This document shows, piece by piece, positions 53,044-64,000 of a stretch of DNA of 64,000 nucleotides. Origin of the DNA: Balanoglossus misakiensis (taxonomy: Eukaryota; Animalia; Hemichordata); assembly GCA_040954595.2 (NCBI GenBank), contig CM082592.2:6931677-6995676 (forward strand). Reading direction: 5' to 3'. Within the stretch, counting starts at the first letter, position 1; each line of letters opens with the position of its first letter. The position numbers and the translations under genes are program-made. The notes below the pieces were generated by a model. The model did no database searches and had not been told where the DNA came from. It saw only the letters and a list, made by a program, of their open reading frames with translations.

Positions 53044-53077
<34 letters not shown>
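53044..53077. repeat. (GA)n(GACA)n microsatellite
   Basis: Directly visible. Confidence 0.9.
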
Positions 53078-56000
53078 AATCATGTGTTAATCCACTCCAG
53101 TCCTGCACAAAATAAAGTATAAAGATGGGCTTTCAACTGCAGCTGTCAAAATTTCAGCATAATTCGTTAAGAGTGTTTTGTCCACAAAATAAAAGTGTGG
53201 TGTTCTGCTGCACATTTCACGGGCACACTGCAGCTCAAACACTGCGACCAATCAGTGACAGGTTGAAAGGTCACACAACAGCGCCCCCACATGACAATAA
53301 ATGAATAATCCTTCCCGGTAGAAAAAAAAATTCTTCCTTGATTGCAAGCTCACACCTATCCTTTGGCTGGTCCCCATCCTAACAAGCAAGCTACAAAAGG
53401 GGTAAGAAAAGAAAAACCTTCATTCAAAGAAACATGAAATCTGATTGGTTGACCAGCACTGTCGATTACTCTGATTGGTTGATATACACGCGGAAGAGAA
53501 AGCACAAAATATGTTTCAAAGACTAAACCCACAGAAACACAATAAATGGCAATATATTATTATACCAAAAAATAGCCTAAATACTGCCTATTCAAATAAC
53601 TGAATATTATCTCACCAAACAATACACTCTAATTGCCTATCATTACAATAATTTGAGTCACGCTTATTTTTCTCACCTTTGACCTTTGTCACAATGATAC
53701 CATCACACAGCACACACTATTTCACCGTATTACAAGAAAAAAAGGGCCTATTTCCCACTTGGTTTTATTGCTTTATGTGCTCAAAAACCAGCTATTTGTA
53801 TACGAGCGACATAAAAAAATATTTTATACAAACAAAATACGCAATCACTACAGATTTTCCGAGACCACATTATATGCAATACAACTCAGTTGAGTTATAA
53901 GCTACATATTATTGTTATTCAATATCATGAATGTACTGGTCTAGTATTACACCTGTTTTCAATTTTTAATTGCGTTCTGCCATCTGTAGTTTCCAAATAA
54001 AATTAGTCTTATATAATAAGTGGTAATTATTAGACTATTAAACTATTATTAACTCCTCTATACCCTAGATGATCTATGGTGGCTCCACATCTAGTATTAA
54101 TCTCATTTTCTGTTTTTAATTGCTTTTTGACATATGCAGTTTCTAAAATAAAACTGTACTCTTCTTGTGTTATGTCAGATGTGTTGGATAATATCAAGCT
54201 GGTATGGCTTTTATGGTGATCCAGTGCCAAAAAATATTGCAAAATTTGGCAGAACTACTAGTACATGTATTTCGGGTTTCTATTGCAGAGTTTACAGGAT
54301 CCAAAAAAAGAACCCGAATACTAAAATGTTTCACACCTCATATATAAATATTCATCGTTTTTGTAAACATGGTTACGCGTCGGTCCCCATGGAAACAATG
54401 CCCGAAAATTGTTTACCAACATTTCCAGAAGACTTTGCGGCAGCCACGCAAATACAACTTCGATTTTTTGTAGCTGCGGTTGACTGCAGAGGTCGATATA
54501 CAACCCGGCCGGCGACTCGATGTTGAGCTGTGGTTGAAAATACATGATTGTACAGCGACCGTGATACCGCGGTTTATCTATTCTGGACGCCGTGACAGTA
54601 TTACGTACAACATCCGCATCCATTATTATGACTATTTTACCGAGGTATCAGCTCTGTGTCAAAGCGTCATTGCTGACAAACGTCCGACAATGTTCTGTTG
54701 ACACAGATCATTCACTAGATAAATAAGACACATTATGAATGATAACTCACTGTGAATTTGACGGACCTGTGCAACAGAAGAGCCGCCTGTATTATGAATG
54801 CCAAATCACGATCGCCGCTATTTCATTTTCTGAGCAGGGCGCCAATTTACAAACTGTGAAATTTAAGACTGTGGCCGGGCACGAAACTATGGGAGAAAAT
54901 GTTGAATTACCGTGTAGCACGCAATTCCAGTTCTCGTTTTCCCGGGAAAAGCTTCGTTTCTGTCTCACTTCGCTCCGTGTGCCATCTTCACTTACAACGC
55001 CATTTTGGAAACTTGACGTCAATACCTTATTAGCATTTTTGCATCCAGGAGATACCATTACACGTCGCAGGTGTGGAAAGTGAATCGATATAACCAAGAG
55101 GAGTTGATAAATTGGTAAATTGATTCGATCAAACAAGGGGTGTGAATTTGGTTGGATATTCTTTCTCCATTTCAAACCAATGGCTAATTCAGCTCTGCTT
55201 TACACTTCAGCACTCCACAGTATGGGGGAGGGGGGGGGGGTATTTCGAACCCATTTCCGGGTTGCACTAGATCAAATATAAGTTGGGGCCTAAATCCCTC
55301 ACTTTCCAGGCCTAAAAGTCCCTGAGCTTGAAAGAATACTCTGTTGATCAGTACAGGAGAGAAAAAACATAAACGAATAAGAAAAACATGAATAAATTGG
55401 TTTAAAAATTAGATTTGAAGCATGCGATTTTGTTCTAGGCTAGGCCTACTGCACTACGAACACAATGAAAAACTTACAAAGTGTAATTTTAGTTGTAGAG
55501 GCCCATTATGTAAAATTGTATAATAAAAATAATTCATTCACGCCTGATAGAAGGTCGCTGTCAAATATAGAATCTGTCCATATATAATACAGTATCATAA
55601 TACTGATAATATCTCTACTTCTTTGACTTGACTTTTCCATAGGCCTAACAAATGAACGTGCATTTCGTCACATGGTCGACAGCGAACAATGTAAGGTGGA
55701 AACCGAAAGACGGTTTGCTTTCTTCTGTGTTCATGTTTGAGGGCGGTAGTCTGGAAGAAACAGACCAGCAATTTTGAGGAAAATTTTCTAACATAATTAT
55801 CGCACCACTTTAATGCCCATTGTGAAATTGCTCTCAGTTGATGCCATTTTTTTTAATCATTTGACTATAATTGAAAGTGTAACCATGCCAACATTGAATT
55901 TGTAAAAAGTGACAGTACTTAAGCTACTTTAGGCAATCCGCGAGATCAAACGTTTTGGATGTCCAATAAATGTTGAAGTTTATATTTCCCGGGAAAAAAT

Positions 56001-58410
56001 CTACGCCAATTTTGGTCAGATTTATGCAACACGTGAAGCTTTTTGTTGGAGGGTACTGAGCCGAAACTGCCGATCGCGAGTAGCTGAGAGTTGCATCCAA
56101 CTCCACTGTACCGCCCTCTCTAGTAATATTTCTCAAATCTTTCCTCTGACTGTGACCATGGTGACAAGACTGCGGTACTGCGGTAATATCTCAGGGTTGC
56201 AGGGCGCCCTCTGTGTCACTGTGAGACAGCTATTTTACAAAGTTTACTCCAATGTTTGTCAAAAAAGGCCTACAAAAGGCTTAGTTTATCCATAGACCGT
56301 GGCCTATGGTTTATCATATCGTTGCCCGCAAAGCAACGGATATGACAACCCTTCATATTACCGAAACAGTTATAGTACAAATATGATGACATGCAGATCG
56401 GCAGATACATCTGCCTTCTTAGTGAACAACACAGCAGGATAAAACAATACCTAGAAACTAAAACATGAAAATGCATCCACTGAAGCCTTACTGCAAAACG
56501 GTGCAACGAAGCTCATCATTCCTGAGCAAAACTGGAATCCGTGTCCTCTCCTCGCTTCGCTGGTTTCCTTGTTGCTAGGCAGCGGGTAAATTGTTCGGTG
56601 GAACCTCCTGTATGGAAATTGGGATGTTATACTCCTGTGAGAAATAAATGGATCAGGGATCCTTCTTGCCATAAAGTTTATCATGCATGGGGCAAGTCCT
56701 GCGTTTTTTTCTTATTCAACGTGTTCTGTGACATCAATTAGTCGTTCGATTCGTCCGCTGTTTAGACGACTGAAGCAAGTAGTTTCTTCAAATGGTCAAT
56801 TAGCAGTCGCTTGAGAATTCGTGACGAACGTACCAAACGGAGAAAAAAATTAAATTCCGACAGCTTAATGGCACCCCGAGATCATATATCATGTCTTAAA
56901 TGCCGGTTATTTTTTGTTGGCGATGTGGATGACCGCTGTTATGTCGCAAGCCAGGTACTGAAATCGTAGACCGCCGGGAACCGAACAGTTAACTGTAAAA
57001 TAATAACTTGAATGTGCCAAAGTCACTGTATGGAGTGAATGTACTTGCGTGCACACGATAGCAGTAACCGTTTTGGCAAGCCGAATAAGACGATTTTTAA
57101 CGCGAAACAAAATTACCCGAAAGTGCTGGATAAAAATTCTGGCCTTTTTAATTCCACTCAGAATAACTGTTATTTTTCAGGGACGTGAATATTTTTCCCC
57201 GAAGGCTGTATCTAATTGCATGACGGGGTGTTGTACTTGTACACTATACGTGGGTCACATTTTAAATGTCGACAATTTGTGGATGTTAAAACTAGCAACG
57301 CGAATGAAAAACGAACTTTCTAATCATCAACACGCATTGAAAGGGAAAGCTGGTCGTTGCGACAGGTGAAAAAAAAAATTACAAAGTTCTGAGTGAGTGG
57401 CTGTGACGTCATTTGATGTATGACGTCTCCCAGTATCTGTTAGATCTGCTATCATTTCAGTCATTTTCATTTTTTACGTATCATTTACCAAATGTGTCGA
57501 TGCATTTGCCGGCTTCTTAATACTGCAAAGTTGCCAAAGCGGCCACGTTGTAACCGCCGAAACCAGCTTTTTAATCGTCCCAGGGGAGGCTGGTGAAGAT
57601 GGCCGCACGTCACTGAGTACATTCCTCATCGTGTAGTCAGCGTTTCTTGATAGGACCCAATCTAACCTGTTCGTCTTGGCGCCACGCTTAAAAGCCCGGT
57701 TCAACACTTTCGCGTTCCACCTAAAAGGCTAAAAAGCTCGGAGGTGTTAATGAAGTCCCATTGTTTTATTGTTCCTGGCAGTCATTTAGTAGGATAGGTG
57801 TGTCTCGGCGTTGCTTATCAGTTGTAATTTAGGCGTATAGAGTAATTTCCGGGGGACGTCGTGTGCGTGTACGTGTGTGCGCCTGCCGATTAACGGTTCC
57901 TCTAGCATGAACTGCCCACGCCTGTGCCAGAATTCGGATGCGACGAAATGCACAGTAGACATTCGCAGTACGGCTGCAACTTTGCCCCTTGCAGGTACTT
58001 CTGTCGTTGTTGGATTGTCACGTGATATCGACGGGTGAGCGTTCGATAGACGTGAAGAAACACATACCCGTGTCTACTAACAGATAAGGCCGTATGGTCT
58101 CACGGACAAGAATTCGGAAACTGCATCACCATCAATTTTACGCGGAAATCAAACATTGTATCTCGACGGTAGGCGATACAAGAACAGAGGAAACCGTTTA
58201 ACTTGTCCTTTATCAAATCTAAATTTCATGGTAGAGTGCCACCGCTGTATATCTCTGTTGCTTGTTTAAATTTCTAACATGTGCTTCATAACCCTCCTAC
58301 TTTTAGAATTCGAAGCAGCGGAGGAGAGATCCTCTTTCATCCTAAAAAGACTACCTCGAGTAGGATCCACGTCTCTTAACTTAAACCGATGTAACCGAAC
58401 GCGCACTAAG

Positions 58411-58512
58411 CTTTCACAGATATCTTCACCTATAAATTTCATAGTTAAAATAGAAGATCTACTTTCACAGATATTTTCACTTACAAATTTCATAGTTAAA
58501 ATAGCCAGATCT
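58411..58512. repeat. Two-copy 51-bp imperfect tandem repeat
   Basis: CTTTCACAGATATYTTCACYTAYAAATTTCATAGTTAAAATAG at 58411 and 58462. Confidence 0.88.
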
Positions 58513-61500
58513 TCATAACAAGTAATGATGGAGCGAGAAATTACGGATGATCATAGTGATCACTTTCGGCGTCTTCTGAGTTACGCCCAATTTACGAATC
58601 GTACCAGAAGCAAATTGATAAACATTTTACCGGGTGGTGACATTGGGGATATTTTTAGATGCGTTATATATAAAATGATACGTGGACTATATATTCTCTT
58701 ATAAAAAATAAACCGACACCACGTAATTCCACCGGCGACATGCTGACGCCGTACAAACGAGAGAAGTATATCGGCCGAAGTACAAGTAAGGCCCGGATTT
58801 AACATTTACTCATATTTCGTCGAGTTCAGCAATTTCAGGCCCCGCGAGCTCAGTGCGACTATATGTAACGTGTTCATCTCATAATATCTTTCATTTACCT
58901 CGGGTATTCTTCGAAGTCTACGCAGTGCCATGATTGTCTACCCTTTGAAAAGGTGTCACAGTACACAGTCATTATTGTTGGTACAGCTACGCAAGAAAGT
59001 TCAGTGGTGTTTTAACATCATTTTAGATTCCCCGCCATTCAAAAAACGGACTATATATTAAAGGGACATAAACTGTAACTTTCGGTTATATTTTCAGTAT
59101 TTCTGCAACTTAGGTTTTCACGCAACTTCTGTTGTGTGAGCTGAAGATTGCCCAGGCTATTACCCCTTGCCTTTGTTTCCGTATCTCTATATTTCTGTCT
59201 CTCCCAATCTATGAACTCTCAAATCCATCATTATTTCAGTTTTTAGAAGGTCCGTTAGCTGTTTCGAGTTAGGTAATTATGCAAATAGGGCCAAGTAAAG
59301 TTATCATTGTGTATGGCATAAATAATTGTAGACCGCTAAGGCTGTACATATGGTAACATTACAGAGAAATTTCATAGTACTTGATGCCAAAATAGGATGA
59401 AACTGTCCGTGATAATGGTTTGTGTGCGCATGCGTCCTCAGAGAACAGTTGAGCCATAAATTACATTGTTCAGACAAAATACCAAATTTCCCATGGGCTG
59501 TGATGAAAAGTAGCTGTCCTCTGGGATTTCTGTCCATAAATTTTTTTTTCTCGGTTTTCCTTGTTGAATTACTATTTAATGCACTTTAGTGAAATGTTAA
59601 ACAACTCGAAGTCAAGCCAGTTTCCTATCGGAAGTCTGATTTTTAACAACGCTTCCTCCGAAAGTTTGCTCCGTGCACCTGCTTGGGATCAGGGATGTGA
59701 CGTCATCGCAGCACACCTGCCAACGACCAGGTGTGCCGATTCCTTCAGCCAATCATGAACGAGTGTGTTCTGCACAAACGGCTGTTCCATTCTTTGACTT
59801 ACTTTGCCGCTTGGTGAAAATTTTTCAGGAAAATCTAAAATTACTAAGTTGAATGTTCTCTTTCTTTACTGCAACCAACACCCACGTGTATGTACGTATA
59901 CTCCAGATTCTTCAGTCAAGAATACGCGCTCACAAATACACTTTCGGGTGTAAAAAGATACATTCAAGAACCCATCAAATCCACTTAATAGAAATAAGAT
60001 AAATATTGTAGGAGGGGTCTCATTTCACCGCCATATGTCGAACGAAACAGAGAGATACAACAGGCGACTTTTGTACTTAGTGCAGGCAACACAGACAATG
60101 ATGCATTAAAAATACACGCAATGACTGGCACCTGAACGATTTAGGGTCAAAGTTCGGTCATCGTTTTTTTTCGGTCCTATTTTTATGTAAGCTTATTGTA
60201 CAAAGACGGTTTACGTTACGGCCGGAAACAGTATAATAGGTAATAGCAAAAAACTATCATTATTTCGACGAATATGTGTATTTACCATTGATAAGACATA
60301 TTAAGCTTATTCAACCTAGGGTCTTCAGTCTCTCCTTTGAGATACTGGGGATTTATCCCATACATCCGAGAACGGAGTACGTCTTGATGACGTGGTTCTA
60401 TCTTATACCGTGCAGGGTCGTTTTGTACATGTACTCTCTTGAGAGTGTACGACTGCAAGGCATGCAAACACGGGCCATTTTATCACTACCCATGAGAAGA
60501 CACATCGCGAGACGATCTGAAGTCACTTGGACGCAACAACACTGCGTGTGAACACAATAATCTCTATGCCATGGTGACGTAAAATTTGATGGGACAACAT
60601 TTTTATCAAAACTTATGCGTAATAGTATCTCCGGGTGGAGCCCAAATGAGCAGAACACGCATCATTCGAAGAGAATCGTGTAATTTATTATAATATAATT
60701 ACTCGAATGGCAAGAACGTTTGCAATGTTAGGGCAATACAAGCTGTTTCTAAGTGTTCACTTTACGTTAACAGAAAATAATTTACTTTTGAAACACCAAT
60801 GGTACACATTACCAAGTTTTGTGACATACACAAACAAGTACAGCTGTCACAAAATCTTTTCCAAGTGTCAGAAATTTATAGTTCGGCGTTGACTTTAACA
60901 ACGATTGATCAAAACCTGACAATGTATAACTATTAACAAAACAAAACAAAACACAACAAAGGACTTTCTTTAAGTATATCTGGCCCAATCCGAGATAAGT
61001 AGAATTTCTCTGCACGTGTCAACTGAATAAATAAGGATTTAAGAACAATAACTTTAAAAGTATAATATGTAAATTTCAGATAAAAGTAGAGAGAACTTGT
61101 GAAACGACCGTCACGATAAATTTCTCTCAAATCTTGCACAAAATGGAGACACTGCTTAAAACATACAACAGCCAAGATTGATTCAGCATTCTTGATAAGT
61201 ACCTCGCCCTTAATGCAATCACTGCAAATCACTCAGGTCCAATGAATAACGCACGCAGCCAATTTTTCTTACTCCACGACAACGAACGTCCCTCTTGGAT
61301 CCGACCATCTTTCCAAAACAAACATGTTTTCAAGGATCGGTTTAATAAAAAAAACGGGAAAGACTGTAGCATCTTCATAACATAGAGTGTGTCGGTGTAA
61401 TGATAAAGTGCAATAAACTATATACACTGCAGAATGTTATTTTAAATAATGAAAATATGTCAACCCAAATACTAGTAAGTTGTTCCCAATGTGTTCATCT

Positions 61501-61661
61501 TAAATTTCGGGTACTTTTCGATCTGGTCAAACAGTATAGGCAGTGTATGCTGTGATGCATACGAAAGCATGGCCTCACTATATGAATAGTCCACGGTACA
61601 ATGCTGGGCCACACAAGTGCATCTATAACAGTAACATGTCCACGTACACATCAGGTAATAC

Positions 61662-62629
61662 TTAGGCAGGGAACTTCATGGTGTGGGTGGGGAAATGGCC
61701 CGTCATGTGGACATTAACGTTCATACCCATGGTCGGGGTGTTTGTGTATGTCGCGGGCAAGAACTGGCTGGGAATAGACGTGGACGCGGACAGGGCGTTG
61801 CACGTCGGGTTGTTCACCTGCGGCGACAACGGCTGCACGTGTGGGGACTGTTGCGAGTGGACGTGCGACAGCGCCGACGTCGGGTGGTGGTGATGGTGGG
61901 AGTGGGGGTGGCTGTGCGGGTCGTTGCTGCTGTACATGGGCACGGGGAACACGCTGTTGGGTTTGTTGTTGCACGGCATGTACCCTCCCTGCGTCATGTG
62001 CGGCGGCTGGATGGCCATGCACTGCGGCTTGCTCGTCAACGTGTTGTCCACCGCGCACGACGCCCGGCCCAACAGGTTCGACCCCGGGCCCACCGACATC
62101 CCACACTGCGTCGAACCCTGCTGAGACGAGGCCATCGGGGGACCTTCGTTGACAGGGGCGTCGCCGGAACCCATGTAGGTGGACGTCAGCGGCTCGGAAC
62201 GTTGCTGTTGCTGCGCATAATTTTGCACCTGCGTGGAGGATCGTCTGCTGCTGCAAGACGCCATGTTGTTCTCGGGGATCGGGTTTCCAAAATGGCGGCT
62301 CTTGTGCAGGGGATGGGTGATGGACGTGCTCGACTTCACGATGCTGTTCGGACTGCAGGGGTCTTCCTCGTCCTTTGTGGTCGGGGACATCTGAGTTGCG
62401 AGGTGGGACAGTCGCCCTCCGCTGGGCTGTGGCTTGTCTTTGTTGATTGGGCTTGTGGTGGAGTTGGTGTGATCCCCTGCGTCGATTGTCAGGGATTGGC
62501 TGCTGGCGTCTGATGACGATGATGTGTTCAGGGAACTGTTCAGTTCTTTCTCTTCTTTCTTACCAGGGCTCGTCAAGAAAGTGGTGGAGTTCTCTCCAGT
62601 GGTACTACTGCTAACTTTCTTGTTAGAAT
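61662..62629 (-). CDS. Terminal coding exon of an unidentified S/P/Q/H-rich protein (transcription-factor-like C-terminus); upstream exons not identified
   Basis: GC-rich open frame of ~322 codons starting after the acceptor ACATACTGCAG|AT (62630/62629, phase 1): SNKKVSSSTTGENSTTFLTSPGKKEE...HSHPHSHHHHHP...MGMNVNVHMTGHFPTHTMKFPA then TAA. Candidate AATAAA (minus) at 60684-60689. Confidence 0.75.
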
Positions 62630-64000
62630 CTGCAGTATGTAATTGGATACAAGAAAAAAAGCCATAAAAAGAATGTTTGAGACTTGTACATGCGTATTAG
62701 AGAAACTGGCTCCATCTTCCCATGCAGTCAGTGAATAACAACTTTGCATGTACTGTACTGTTTTAATATAGGTCCGGACCTCATATTCCATTGTCTACAA
62801 TGGTGATTTCTGTGATAAAGAGCCGAGGGGGCTTTTCAAATGCTTAGAGGAGTGCAAAGAGATTGCAACGATGCTTGAAAGAGAACAATATCCCCGAAAA
62901 ACTACACGAGTGAAGATGAAACTTGCTTTCGGTTTCGAGTAGAGTGATGTATGGTCGTGCAATTGATCAGATGCGCTGTTAGAAAAACTCAAAAATTTCA
63001 ACGCGACAACGCAAGTCGATAACTTCGATCTATCTGTTCGGACGGACAGATGGCTAATCTCTTACGACAGAATAATTGTCCCTTGAACAAACCATTTCTC
63101 TACCACCAAGAACGCTGTAAAAAGCGCAAAGTCCCACATAAAATACCGGTCTGTCGGATACAATATAACCTTTTGAATTCAAGTTTCGTCAGTAGACGGA
63201 TAGGACCATTTTCTCGCGGCCAGAAGGTCCGTTCGCAATCTTAAAATTCGGCGCCTGCCCGGTTTCCCTGGTTAAAGTTTTACACGGCGCTCAATATATT
63301 TCACCGGCGCGCGCGCTCGCTCGCTCGCTCAGCTGGTCGCCACCAACTGTGATGTAACCGCACGAAGCCTCGTCTCGACTCCTGCACCCTTGTGTCTCAT
63401 AATGGATGCATTTTCTGGGTCGGAAAAGCGGGCTGGGACGATAGCATCTCAAACGATAAAAAGCCCGGGCATATTGTGTGTGAATATGGCAACGGGCAAT
63501 GAATATAATAAACGGCGAAAAGAGTGAATTAACAGAAAAAAGAACCGGCCTCCCTCATGTAATATTTATATCGAGTTCATCTGTGTTCGTTTATCGGTGG
63601 TATAATGACTGTGCATGAATGTACATGTCGCTTCGTGGACGAATGATCACCATTCCCCCTGGACTTATCCGTATGAACCTCCTTTTCCGTACTACATTAC
63701 GGAATTCTATTAAATTACACTTGATGAAATGATCAATCTTAAGTCCGCGACCTTTAACCTTTCCATTTGTCAGGCAGTTCGCCTGCCCACTTTTTTGTGT
63801 GTGATCCGCATTTCAGAAGATTGGGAGCAGAAAGTTGGTTTCTGTACATGTACATCGGTTTTGTGTTGGCAAGTAGCATGATACTAGACAATTGTTCTTC
63901 CACGTGTTTTATGCGATTGGAAAATCAGCGCTGTTTCCAATGTATATTGAAAAGAGAGCATCATTCAAGTACATGTACTTGAATTGTCTCCCGCAATTTG

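Noticed and set aside
61678-62513. Plus-strand and alternative-frame ORFs over the last exon
   Set aside because: They are shadow ORFs of a GC-rich minus-strand exon.
1-64000. Prokaryotic features (CRISPR arrays, operons, IS elements), tRNA/rRNA genes, transposase or reverse transcriptase ORFs
   Set aside because: None was recognised; the window is spliced eukaryotic DNA, and the tandem repeats lack unique spacers.

Overview
AT-rich, intron-containing animal genomic DNA. It is most likely an invertebrate bilaterian (a deuterostome is possible but is only an inference); it is not prokaryotic, so most ORF-track entries are noise. Four protein genes can be supported. (1) The first coding exon of an AUTS2/FBRSL1/tay-family gene on the minus strand (12293-12547); the rest lies beyond the left edge. 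(2) A two-exon, 328-aa uncharacterised basic coiled-coil protein rich in RRxS motifs on the plus strand (21589-23130). (3) A complete 20-coding-exon, 1250-aa PITPNM/rdgB membrane-associated PI-transfer protein on the minus strand (27114-39744); all introns are GT-AG and phase-consistent. (4) The last coding exon of an unidentified S/P/Q/H-rich protein on the minus strand (61662-62629). Repeats include a ~600-bp CAC/CAT triplet array, a TTAA-flanked Kolobok/T2-type MITE and a perfect 132-bp tandem duplication. The most notable unexplained signal is a pair of diverged ~430 and ~370 nt non-coding paralogues (15263-15699, 16017-16394). They share several helices with compensatory and G-U changes that favour the plus strand, and both end in ANANNA box - long hairpin - ACA. 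They are candidate large, atypical H/ACA-like structured RNAs upstream of and antisense to AUTS2.
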